This document shows positions 55,598 to 64,000 of a DNA stretch of 64,000 nt, one piece after another. The notes under the pieces are model-generated. The model saw nothing but the letters and a program-made list of their open reading frames with translations, was not told where the DNA came from and made no database searches. The position numbers were made by a program, and so were the translations under genes. Each line of letters starts with the position of its first letter. Position 1 is the first letter of the stretch. The DNA is from an uncultured Actinomycetes bacterium (GTDB taxonomy: Bacteria; Actinomycetota; Thermoleophilia; Gaiellales; JAICJC01): contig CAVPWG010000004.1 of the NCBI GenBank assembly GCA_963709425.1, forward strand, positions 39,971-103,970, in the 5' to 3' direction.

Positions 55598-56353
55598 GTG
55601 ACGGCCAGGGCGCTCGTCACCGGCGCGGCGTCCGGCATCGGCCGGGCGACGGCGAAGCTCCTCGCGGAGCGGGGCGCCGCGGTGGCCTGCGCCGACGTGA
55701 ACGCCGCCGGGCTCGCCGAGACCGTCGCCGCGATCGCCGGGGACGGGGGCACCGCCGTGCCGCTCGCAGCCGACGTCACCGACCTCGCGGCGGTGGAGGC
55801 GGCCGTGGCCGCCGCCGTCGCAGAGCTGGGCGGGCTCGACGGCGTGGCCAACATCGCCGGCGTCGGCGACTTCACGGGCGACGTCACCGAGATCGCGCTC
55901 GACGAGTGGGCGCGCGTCCTCGCCGTCAACCTCACGGGGGCGTTCCACGTGTCGCGCGCCACGATCCCGCACCTGCGCGCGGCCGGCGGCGGCGCCATCG
56001 TGAACGTCGCCTCGCAGTTCGGGCTCGTGGGGTGCCTGGCAAGCCCGGCGTACTGCGCGTCGAAGGCGGGCCTGATCGGGCTGACGCGCGCGATGGCGAT
56101 CGACCACACCTCCGAGGGGATCCGCGTCAACTGCGTCTGCCCGGGCCCGGTCGACACGCCGATGCTGGCGTGGACGGTCGCCACGCCGGAGCTGACCGCC
56201 CGCGAGCGGGCCCGCACCCAGGGCCGGAACCTGGTCGGCCGCTCGGGGCGGCCGGAGGAGATCGCCGCGACCATCGCCTTCATGATGTCGGACGACGTCG
56301 GGTCGATGTCGGGCAGCATCGTCGCGGTCGACGGCGGCTGGACGGCCGGGTAG
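55598..56353 (+). CDS. SDR-family oxidoreductase (SDR4)
   Basis: GTG 55598. ALVTGAASGIGRA, NIAG, ASQFG, YCASKAG and VAVDGGW are present. Confidence 0.9.
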   Translation: MTARALVTGAASGIGRATAKLLAERGAAVACADVNAAGLAETVAAIAGDGGTAVPLAADVTDLAAVEAAVAAAVAELGGLDGVANIAGVGDFTGDVTEIALDEWARVLAVNLTGAFHVSRATIPHLRAAGGGAIVNVASQFGLVGCLASPAYCASKAGLIGLTRAMAIDHTSEGIRVNCVCPGPVDTPMLAWTVATPELTARERARTQGRNLVGRSGRPEEIAATIAFMMSDDVGSMSGSIVAVDGGWTAG

Positions 56354-56356
56354 CCC

Positions 56357-57714
56357 TCACGCCGTCTCGAGCACGCGCGCGACGGGGAGGTACTCGCCGC
56401 GGTGCTCGTCGCCAACCCAGCGGCCGTCCGCGACGACGCGCTCGCCGCGGGCGAGCACGTCGCGCACACGTCCGGGCACCTGCATGCCGTCGTACGGCGT
56501 CCAGTCCAGCCCGTCGTTCATCGCGTCGAGCCGTGAGCCGGGTCGGCGCCGACGGGTCCCACACGACGATGTCGGCGTCGCTTCCCGGCGCGACGATCGC
56601 CCTTCCGCGGATAGAGGCCGAAGATCCGGGCGGGCTGCGTGCAGGCGGCGTCCGACCAGCCGCTCGACCGTGAGCGGCGCCTCGGCCCCGCCGAGCGCGA
56701 ACCCGAGCGGGAGGCGGGCGCCGATCCCGGGAAGCCCGGTCGGGACCTTCGTGAAGTCGTCGCGCACGGGCACCTTGTCGCGGTCGAGCCGCAGGTGGCA
56801 GTGGTCCGAGGCATACGTGGTGACGTCGCCGGTCCTCAGCCCGTCGAGCAGCGCCGCGCGATCGTCGGCCGTCGCGAAGCGGCGGCGTCATCACGTAGCG
56901 CAGCGCGTCCGGCCCCTCGTGGTGGGAGCGCTCGAAGAGCAGGTGGTGCGGGCACACCTCCGCGTGCACCGTCTGCCCGCGCCGCCGCGCGGTGCGGATC
57001 TCGTCGAGCGGCGCGCGGCCGGTCACGTGGACGACGTACGGGGTGGCGCCGGCGATCCCGGCGAGGACGAGGAACCGGTGCACGCACTCCGCCTCGAGCT
57101 CGATCGGCCGGCTGGCGGGCAGCGAGTCGAGTGCCGAGCCGGCCCTCGGCGACGCACTGCCGGGTGAGCACGTCGACCGCACGGCCGTTCTCGCAGTGGG
57201 CGAGCGTCACGATCCCGAGCTCGGCCGCCTCCTGCATGACCCGAAGCGCGACGTCGTCGTCGGCCATGATCCCGAGCTCGACGTAGGCCAGCCACAGCTT
57301 GACGCTCCCGATTCCCAGGGCCGCGGCCTCGGCAAGATCGCCACGCCGGTAGGCGGCCGGCTCCCAGATGACCGCGTGGAAGGCGAGGTCGATGTGCGAT
57401 TCGGGCATCTCGTCGGCGAGCGTCCGCCGGGCCGCCTCCGCGGGCCGCTCGCCCGGGAGCGCGTCGACGAACGCGAGCGCGGTCGTGGTACCGCCGCAGA
57501 GCGCCGAGCGCGTGTCGTCGCGGACGCCGCCGAACGGGTGCGTATGGACGTCGACGGCGCCGGGCAGGACGAGGCAGCCCGTGGCGTCGATCACATCCGC
57601 CGACGAGCGATCGATGCTCCCGACCGCGGCCACCACCCCGTCGTCGACGAGCACGTCTGCGCGCGCCGGGCCGTCCGGCCCGACGACCGTGCCGCCGACG
57701 ATGGCCGTCGCCAC
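56357..57714 (-). pseudogene. D-hydantoinase/dihydropyrimidinase-type cyclic amidohydrolase broken by five +1 frame switches
   Basis: Family motifs appear in order across six frame segments. They are PGAVDVHTH, SVKLWLAY and LAHCENG; then RPIELEAECVHRFL, YVVHVT, EVCPHHL and MTPPLR; then TADDRAALLDGLRTGDVTTYASDHC; then QPARIFGLYPRKG; then IVAPGSDADIVVWDP; then DWTPYDGMQVPGRVRDVLARGERVV. Switches are near 57134, 56870-56873, 56652, 56598-56602 and 56531. The span is 1358 nt, 451 codons plus 5. Confidence 0.85.
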
Positions 57715-57719
57715 GCCTG

Positions 57720-59519
57720 CTACCCCACGGCCCGGTCGGGCAGGCACGGCGCCGCGCCCAGGAGCCGCCGCGTGTAGTCGTCGGTCGGCGTCGAGAGCAC
57801 CTCGCGCACGCCGCCGGACTCACACAGCTCTCCGCGATCCATGACCAGGACGGAGTCGCTGATGCACGCCACGACGCCCAGGTTGTGGGTGATGAAGAGC
57901 ATCGACAGCCGGAGGTCGCGCTGGAGCTCGGACAGGAGCTCGAGGACGGCCGCCTGGACGGACACGTCGAGCGCCGACGTCACCTCGTCGCAGACCAGGA
58001 GGTCGGGCTTCGCGGCCAGCGATCGTGCGATCGCGACTCGCTGGCGCTCGCCCCCGGAGAGCTCGACGGGGAAGCGGCCCGAAACCCGCGTCGGCAGCCG
58101 CACACGCTCGAGGAGCGCATCGACCTCGCGGGCCGCGTCGGCGCGGTTGAGCCCGCGCAGCACCCGCAGCGGCCGCTCGATCGACGCCCCGACCCGGTGA
58201 CGCGGGTTGAGCGACTCGAACGGGTTCTGGAACACGATCTGGATGCGGCGGCGCTGGGCGAGCGTGCGCGTCCGAGCTGCGCCGTTCAGCTCCTCGCCGT
58301 CGAAGACGATCCGCCCGGCGGTCGGCACGTGCAGGCCGGCGATGCAGCGCCCGATGGTCGTCTTGCCGCTTCCGGACTCGCCGACGAGCGCCACGCATCG
58401 CCCCTCCTGGACGACGAACGACACGCCGCGGACGGCGCGGTTTCGGGCCCGGCCGGAGCGGTACTCGACCTCGAGGTCGGACACCTGGAGAAGCGGCGCG
58501 CCCTCTGCGGCCGGGCTCACGGATCGGGCGCCTGCCGGGCCGGCGTCGGAGAGCTCGAGCTCGTCCCAGCGGACGCACCGGACCGAGTGCCCGGGTGCGG
58601 CCTCCTCGAGGTCCGGCACGGCGGCGTCGCAGCGCTCCTGCGCGAACGTGCACCGGGGCGCGAACGAGCAGCCCGCCGGCCACTCGCCGACGCCGACCGC
58701 GACGCCCGGGATGCCCTGGAGGGCGCGCGGGCGGCGGAAGTCGGGGATGGCGCCCACCAGCGCGCGTGTGTACGGATGCCGGGGCCGCCCGATGACCTCG
58801 TCGACCGGCCCGTCCTCGACCACCCGGCCGGCATACATCACCACGATCCGGTCGGCCATCCGCGCCACGACCGCCAGGTCGTGGGAGACGTAGACCATCG
58901 CCATCCCCTCCTCGGCCCGCAGCCGCGTGAGCTCGGTCAGGATGCGATCCTGGGTGAGGACATCGAGCCCGGTGGTGGGCTCGTCGAGCACCGCGACCGG
59001 TGGGCCGCAGACGCACGCCATCGCGATCGTGACCCGCTGCTGCTGGCCGCCCGAGAGCTGGTGCGGGTAGCGGCGGCCGAAGCGGGGGTCCGCCCCCAGC
59101 TCGACGCGCTCGAGCGCCGCGCGTACCGAGTCGTCGGACGCCGACTCCGAGCGGTGCGCGCGGAGCACGTCCATGATCGCGTCGCCCACCCGAAGCGAGG
59201 GGTTGAGGGCGCCCCCCGGATCCTGCGGAACGTACGAGACGACCCGCCCGCGCAGGCTCCGCACGGCGCGCGTGTCGCGCCCGATGACGGGCTGCCCGCC
59301 GACCTCGATCGCGCCGCTTCGGATGACCACCCCGGGGCGGGTGTACCCGAGCAGGGCGAGCGCGGTCGTGGTCTTGCCGCTGCCCGACTCGCCGACCAGG
59401 CCGAGGATCTCGCCGGAGCTCACCGAGAAGCTGACGTCCTGCACCACGGCCTCGCCGGTCGCAAGCCCCAGGCACAGGTTCTCGACCCGGATCACGGGCC
59501 CACCGCCGTCGCCGCTCAC
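57720..59519 (-). CDS. ABC transporter ATP-binding protein with two fused ATPase domains (DppD/DppF-like)
   Basis: Two Walker A motifs (GESGSGKTT twice), signatures LSGGQQQRV and LSGGERQRV, and Walker B motifs LDEPTT and CDEVTS. GTG 59519 sits in a GTGA overlap with the permease stop. Confidence 0.9.
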   Translation of the reverse strand: MSGDGGGPVIRVENLCLGLATGEAVVQDVSFSVSSGEILGLVGESGSGKTTTALALLGYTRPGVVIRSGAIEVGGQPVIGRDTRAVRSLRGRVVSYVPQDPGGALNPSLRVGDAIMDVLRAHRSESASDDSVRAALERVELGADPRFGRRYPHQLSGGQQQRVTIAMACVCGPPVAVLDEPTTGLDVLTQDRILTELTRLRAEEGMAMVYVSHDLAVVARMADRIVVMYAGRVVEDGPVDEVIGRPRHPYTRALVGAIPDFRRPRALQGIPGVAVGVGEWPAGCSFAPRCTFAQERCDAAVPDLEEAAPGHSVRCVRWDELELSDAGPAGARSVSPAAEGAPLLQVSDLEVEYRSGRARNRAVRGVSFVVQEGRCVALVGESGSGKTTIGRCIAGLHVPTAGRIVFDGEELNGAARTRTLAQRRRIQIVFQNPFESLNPRHRVGASIERPLRVLRGLNRADAAREVDALLERVRLPTRVSGRFPVELSGGERQRVAIARSLAAKPDLLVCDEVTSALDVSVQAAVLELLSELQRDLRLSMLFITHNLGVVACISDSVLVMDRGELCESGGVREVLSTPTDDYTRRLLGAAPCLPDRAVG

Positions 59520-60364
59520 ACCACGACGCTCCGTGATGTGCGCGGCACGTACGAGCGGCCGAGGCTGCGGGCGATCGCGTCGCCCATCAGGTTCACGCCG
59601 ATCGTGAGGAGGGCGATCATGGCCGCCGGCGCCAGCACGGCCCACACGTTGAGCGAGATGTACTCCCGGTTCTCGCTGATCATGAGCGCCCAGTCGGAGC
59701 TGGGCGGCTGGAGCCCGAGGCCGAGGTAATTGACGGACGCGATGATCAAGATCGAATACGTGAAGCGAAGGCCTGCATCCACCAGCACGGGCGCGAGGAT
59801 GTTGGGGAAGACCTCGCGGACGACGACGGCGCCCGCCCGCTCGCCGCGGGCGATGGCGGCCTCGACGTAGCCCCGCACCGACACCTCGAGGGTAGCCGTG
59901 CGCACGATCCGGCTGATGCCCGGTGCCTGGATGGCGGCGACGCCGAGCACGAGCACGCCGACGCCGGTTCCCGCACCGGTGATGAGGACGAGCAGGAAGA
60001 GCAGCGGCGGGAAGGCCAGCATGACGTCGACCGATCGCATGAGGAGCGGGTCGACCCTCGAGCGCGTGTAGCCGGCAACGAGGCCGATCGCGAGCCCCAC
60101 CAGGTAGGCCAGGGCTGTTGCCGCCGCCGCAAGGCCGATGACCGAGCGGCCGCCGTAGAGCAGACGGCTCACGACATCTCTCCCGAGGAAGTCCGTTCCG
60201 AGGCGGGCGTCCGACGATGGGCCGGCGAGCGGCGCGCCGACCGGCGCATTCGGATCGTGCGGGGCGACGTACCGCCCCAGAAACGCCACGGCGATCACCA
60301 GCACCACGATGGCGAGCCCGATCGCGCCGGAGCGGATCCGCAGGAACCGGAACGCGCCCCTCAT
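59516..60364 (-). CDS. ABC transporter permease (DppC/OppC-like)
   Basis: ATG 60364 sits in an ATGA overlap with the upstream stop. Six TM helices. The EAA-like loop is YVEAAIARGERAGAVVVREVFPN. Confidence 0.85.
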   Translation of the reverse strand: MRGAFRFLRIRSGAIGLAIVVLVIAVAFLGRYVAPHDPNAPVGAPLAGPSSDARLGTDFLGRDVVSRLLYGGRSVIGLAAAATALAYLVGLAIGLVAGYTRSRVDPLLMRSVDVMLAFPPLLFLLVLITGAGTGVGVLVLGVAAIQAPGISRIVRTATLEVSVRGYVEAAIARGERAGAVVVREVFPNILAPVLVDAGLRFTYSILIIASVNYLGLGLQPPSSDWALMISENREYISLNVWAVLAPAAMIALLTIGVNLMGDAIARSLGRSYVPRTSRSVVV

Positions 60365-61374
60365 GCCGGCTCCCGTAGCTTCGGCACCAGCAGCATCACC
60401 AGCAGATCGGCGACGAGGTTCAGGAGGACGTAGACGACGGCGATCATCATCGCCACCGACTGCACGAGCGTCGTGTCGCGGTTTCCGACCGCCGTCACCA
60501 GCGTGGATCCGATCCCGGGGTAGGCGAACACGTTCTCGGTGATGATGATCCCGCCGATCAGCCACTGGAGGTTCTGGGCCAGCACCTGCACGCTCGGGGC
60601 GAGCGCGTTTCGCATCGCGTAGCGCCACAGCACCCACCGCTCGGCGAGCCCGTTCAGGCGGGCTGTCTGGACATACTCGGTCTGGAGCACCTCGACCATC
60701 CCCGCCCGCACCATGCGGATGCCGGCCGCGAGCGACGCGAGCAGCAGGGTCGCCACCGGCAGCACCAGCTTCGTCGGGTGGCTCAGCGGGTTGTCGCCGG
60801 GTGGGATGAGCGCGACCGGCGGCAGCACGTCGAGCCACACGAAGAAGACGCCGATCAGGAGCGACCCGATCACGAACTCCGGGAGCGCGATCGCCGCGAG
60901 CGACCCGATGGAGATCGCGTGGTCGACCGTCCGCCCCGCGTAGACCGCCGCGAGCGCCCCCAGCCCGAGCGAGAGCGGGATCATGAAGAGCGCCGTCACG
61001 AGCGCCAGGATGAGCGTGTTCTTGACCGGGCTCGCGATGATGTCCCAGACCGGAGCCTCGTTGGCGCCCTGCGCGAGCCCGACCGACGAGTCGCCGAGGT
61101 CGCCGTGCACGAATCCCCCGAGCCAGCTCGTGTACTGCTCGACGAGCGGGCGGTCGAGGTGCAGGCGCTGATTGAGCTCGTCGACGGCCTGAGGCGTTGC
61201 GCCTCGGCCGAGCACCACGCTCGCAGCGTCCCCCGGCAGCACCGCGGTGCCGAGGAAGATCAGGAGCGACGCGACGAACAGGGCCGCGACGGCGCCGAGG
61301 AGCCGCCGCCCGAGAAACGCGAGCACGGGCGAGGCCTCGCGGGTTTCCCCTCGAGGCTCCGCCACCGTTGTCAT
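60361..61374 (-). CDS. ABC transporter permease (DppB/OppB-like)
   Basis: 337 aa. The EAA-like loop is YVQTARLNGLAERWVLWRYAMRNA. Confidence 0.85.
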   Translation of the reverse strand: MTTVAEPRGETREASPVLAFLGRRLLGAVAALFVASLLIFLGTAVLPGDAASVVLGRGATPQAVDELNQRLHLDRPLVEQYTSWLGGFVHGDLGDSSVGLAQGANEAPVWDIIASPVKNTLILALVTALFMIPLSLGLGALAAVYAGRTVDHAISIGSLAAIALPEFVIGSLLIGVFFVWLDVLPPVALIPPGDNPLSHPTKLVLPVATLLLASLAAGIRMVRAGMVEVLQTEYVQTARLNGLAERWVLWRYAMRNALAPSVQVLAQNLQWLIGGIIITENVFAYPGIGSTLVTAVGNRDTTLVQSVAMMIAVVYVLLNLVADLLVMLLVPKLREPA

Positions 61375-61408
61375 GTCGTCCCGAGAACCCGTCTCAGAGG
61401 ACGGCGTC

Positions 61409-63037
61409 CTACGTGGTCAGCCACGCGTTCATGAAGAGGTAGTTGCCCAGCACCCCGCCGGGGTGCGGTGCGAGCCCCTTCACCTTGGTCGAGAGGCCGT
61501 CGACCCAGTCCGCGTTCGTCCAGTTCAGGTAGCCGCCCTCGTCGTACTGGACCTTCTGCACCTGGTTCCACGCGTCCTGCGCTGCGGTCGCGTCGGTCTC
61601 GCCGATCGCCTTGAACAGGAGGTCGTTCCAGCTCTTGTCCTTCCAGTGCGTCTCGTTGTACGGCGCCTGGGCCGAGAGCGACTGGAGGTAGAAGAACTTG
61701 AGCGACGGGATGGGCCACTGCGTCTCCGCGAACGCCATCTTCAGATAGAGCAGCGATGGGTTGTAGTACGAGTTCGGCGGAACCTGCTTCAGCTGGATGG
61801 TGACACCCGCCGCCTTGGCCTGCTCTGCGAGAAGGGTCGCCGCCTCGACGAAGCCGGGAAAGATCGGCGACGTGCGCAGGAGCACCGTCAGGTTCTCCTG
61901 GCCGGCTTGCTTGAGAAGGCTCTTGGCCTGCTCGATGTCCTGCTGGCGCTGCGGCAGATCGTTGTCGTAGTAGGGAAGGCCCTTGCCGACGATGTCGTTT
62001 CCGACCGTGCCGAAGCCGTTGATCGCGCTCGAGACGAGCGCGTCGCGGTCGGCGATCAGCCGGATCGCCTGGCGCACGTTGTTGTCGGTGAACGGCGCCT
62101 GGGTCGTGTCCATGTAGAACATCATGGCCTGCGGCGAGGGCGCGACCAGCACCGTGATGTCGCCGGTGTCCTGGTGGGCCTTGGCCTGGGCCGTCGGCAG
62201 CTGCGCCATTGCGTCGATCTGGCCCGACAGGAGGGCGTTCAGGCGGGCGGTGTTGTCGTCGATCGACTGGATCGTGAGCGTGTCGACATACGGCTTGCCC
62301 GTCACCCAGTAGTTCGGGTTCTTCTTGAACGTGCTCTGCGTGCCCGGCTGGAACGACTCGAACATGAAGGGGCCGGTGCCGACCGGCTTCTTGAAATCGG
62401 TCTCGCCGTCCTGCACGATCCATGTGTTCCAGTAGACGAAGTTGGCGCCCAGGTCGGCGTCCGGGAAGTTGAGTGGGATCCGGACGGTGGTCGGGTTGAC
62501 CGCCTTCAGCCCGTTCAGGTCGATCCCGGCCACGAACGGCACCGACGCGAAGTTGGCGGGCTTGGACATGAGCCGGATCGAGTAGATGAGATCCTCGGCG
62601 CCGAAGGTCTTGCCGTTGTGGAACTCGACGCCCGGGCGGAGCTTCACCTCGTACTCGGTCGCGTCGGCGTTCGCGTTCATCTCGAGCGCGAGGCCGGGGC
62701 TCGTCGAGAGGTCGGGGTTCTGCACGAACAGCGGGTCGTAGAGGTTCTGCACCCGCGACTCGTCGATGGGCGTCACGCCCGCATACGGGTTCAGCGTCTC
62801 GGCGGTGCCGCCGCCGACGAAGCCCGCCCTGAGCGTGCCGCCGGGCACGGGCTTGCCGCCGCCGGTCGAGCCGCCGCCGGTCGAGCCGGAGCTGCCGCTC
62901 CCGCCGCAGGCCGCTGCCAACAGAGGCGACATCCCCACCATGCCCACAGCCGCTCCGCGGAGCAATGTGCCGCGCGAGAGGCGGAAGCCGTCAATCTCGG
63001 TGCCCGGGGGCTCGTGTGGATAGTTCGGGTCGGTCAC
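61409..63037 (-). CDS. ABC transporter substrate-binding lipoprotein (family 5, peptide/nickel/opine type)
   Basis: GGAGG lies 5 nt upstream of GTG 63037. The signal has lipobox LLAAAC followed by GGSGSSGS. The mature part has a typical family-5 look (LRPGVEFHNGKTFGAEDL). The ORF extends to 63229. Confidence 0.85.
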   Translation of the reverse strand: MTDPNYPHEPPGTEIDGFRLSRGTLLRGAAVGMVGMSPLLAAACGGSGSSGSTGGGSTGGGKPVPGGTLRAGFVGGGTAETLNPYAGVTPIDESRVQNLYDPLFVQNPDLSTSPGLALEMNANADATEYEVKLRPGVEFHNGKTFGAEDLIYSIRLMSKPANFASVPFVAGIDLNGLKAVNPTTVRIPLNFPDADLGANFVYWNTWIVQDGETDFKKPVGTGPFMFESFQPGTQSTFKKNPNYWVTGKPYVDTLTIQSIDDNTARLNALLSGQIDAMAQLPTAQAKAHQDTGDITVLVAPSPQAMMFYMDTTQAPFTDNNVRQAIRLIADRDALVSSAINGFGTVGNDIVGKGLPYYDNDLPQRQQDIEQAKSLLKQAGQENLTVLLRTSPIFPGFVEAATLLAEQAKAAGVTIQLKQVPPNSYYNPSLLYLKMAFAETQWPIPSLKFFYLQSLSAQAPYNETHWKDKSWNDLLFKAIGETDATAAQDAWNQVQKVQYDEGGYLNWTNADWVDGLSTKVKGLAPHPGGVLGNYLFMNAWLTT

Positions 63038-63249
63038 CGTCTCCTCCAGATCGGGGCTCCACGAAGCGTGCAACGTCCACTTTCGCATACCGTGGCGACG
63101 AGGGGGAGTGGCGGAGGCGACAACGATTCGCGCAGCGCGGTGGCGCACATATCCACCCGGGTCGCGGCGCTCCTCGCGCGGTTCAACAGCCGCCACGGCG
63201 AGGCGGGTACGCTGCTTCTCCGGAGACACCGCTCGGCCAAGGGGGCGGT

Positions 63250-64000
63250 ATGCTATCAGACCAATCTGACGCCGACAGAAAGAGGACCTCTGCCGTGGAA
63301 GGAACGCTGCTCGCCTCGAATCTCGGGTTCCCCGAAGGCCCCGTCGTCATGCCCGACGGCTCCATCGTCATCTGCGACGGGAACATCGGTGAGCTGCTCC
63401 GGTGGGACGGCGATTCGATGGCGACATTCGCCGCCACGGGCGGCTCGCCGTGGGGCGCCGTGCTCGGATCAGACGGCGCCGTGTACGTCACCCAGGGCGG
63501 GAACGTGCCCGGAAGTCCCGACCAGAGCGCCGTGGCGGGCATCCAGCGGGTGAACGCGGACGGATCGGTCGAGATGCTGTCGACTGAGATTGGCGGGCAC
63601 ACCCTCGCCGGCCCGAACGACCTCGCGTTCGGCCCGGACGGGCGGCTGTGGTTCACCGACTCGGGCACCGAGCAGGACGACCGCTTCCCGGCTGAGGAGC
63701 GTGAGCCCGGGCGGCTGTTCGCGCTCGGCTCGGGCGGGGCCGGCGAGTTCCTGATGGAGCGGGCCGAGGTCTACCCCAACGGCATCGCCTTCGACGCGGA
63801 GGGCCGGCTCTATTGGACAGAGTCCGCCGCCCACCGCGTCTGCCGGCTCGACGACGGCGGGGCGACGACCTTCTGCCAGCTCTCCGACGGCCACGTCCCC
63901 GATGGGATGGCGTTCGCCGCCGACGGCCGGCTCTTCGTGTGCACGACGATCTCCGGCGGCCTCACCGTGCTGTCGGCGGACGGCGAGTTGCTCGAGGAGA
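63250..64000 (+). CDS. SMP-30/gluconolactonase/LRE-like beta-propeller protein; 3' end outside window
   Basis: Hand translation gives LGFPEGPVVMPDGSIVICD, GAVYVTQGG, GPNDLAFGPDGRLWFTDSG, YPNGIAFDAEGRLYWTES and PDGMAFAADGRLFV, which are repeated propeller blades. The start is ATG 63250 (AAGGGGG upstream) or GTG 63295. Confidence 0.75.
   Translation, partial: MLSDQSDADRKRTSAVEGTLLASNLGFPEGPVVMPDGSIVICDGNIGELLRWDGDSMATFAATGGSPWGAVLGSDGAVYVTQGGNVPGSPDQSAVAGIQRVNADGSVEMLSTEIGGHTLAGPNDLAFGPDGRLWFTDSGTEQDDRFPAEEREPGRLFALGSGGAGEFLMERAEVYPNGIAFDAEGRLYWTESAAHRVCRLDDGGATTFCQLSDGHVPDGMAFAADGRLFVCTTISGGLTVLSADGELLEE

Noticed and set aside
6457-57714. Programmed ribosomal frameshifting or transcriptional slippage as the explanation for the many +1 switches.
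   Set aside because: The sites share no slippery heptamer, no rare or stop codon at the shift position and no common downstream structure. Contexts differ (TGCGTGCAAC, CTCGGCACTC, AAGGGCGATC and others). Five shifts in one gene is implausible for a programmed event.
1-64000. CRISPR arrays, tandem repeat arrays, IS elements or MITEs.
   Set aside because: Reading through the intergenic regions showed only two-copy short repeats (5313/5333 and 42139/42159) and isolated hairpins. There is no regular repeat-spacer pattern and no transposase-like ORF.

Overview
High-GC window with Actinomycetota-like coding style: many GTG starts and many 1-4 nt start/stop overlaps. I call about 70 protein-coding genes and one tRNA-Gly(UCC). 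I see no rRNA, CRISPR array, transposase, integrase or phage structural gene.

Layout:
- 1.6-8.9 kb: amine/one-carbon catabolism. It holds a GcvT-like aminomethyltransferase, a flavin amine oxidase, a choline/ethanolamine-kinase-like gene and a dimethylglycine-oxidase-like gene.
- 10.8-13.9 kb: tRNA-Gly followed by a visibly lower-GC patch with a methyltransferase, a DHA2-type MFS transporter and a DUF7144-like gene.
- 13.3-40.5 kb: a long stretch dense in small membrane or 'stress' domain proteins (SHOCT, PLDc_N, DUF1269/DUF6325-like, DUF7144-like, DUF1345, DUF4337-like, holin-IV, PRC-barrel, LPG-synthase-TM-like, ClC). It also has three HisKA_3 sensor kinases, one NarL-type regulator and one CheY-like receiver.
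- 43-57.7 kb: a hydantoin/dihydropyrimidine-type cluster with two cyclic amidohydrolases, a racemase, an M20 carbamoylase and a TetR regulator. Four SDR and three MDR dehydrogenases sit with them, plus a duplicated two-gene module of unknown function (TudS/DUF523-like protein plus small partner).
- 57.7-63 kb: a Dpp/Opp-type ABC importer.

Main observations:
- Nine genes need about 17 reading-frame switches. The switches fall in five loci and mostly in redundant paralogs.
- The TudS-like plus partner module occurs twice.
- One operon keeps four intact transporter genes while its terminal dihydropyrimidinase is broken five times.
- A CYTH gene carries a compensated pair of frame switches that hides inside an open ORF.
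- A 270-bp intergenic region carries several palindromes.

Limits: every family name comes from motif recognition by eye. No BLAST, HMM or read-level check was possible, so frame disruptions may be assembly errors rather than biology.
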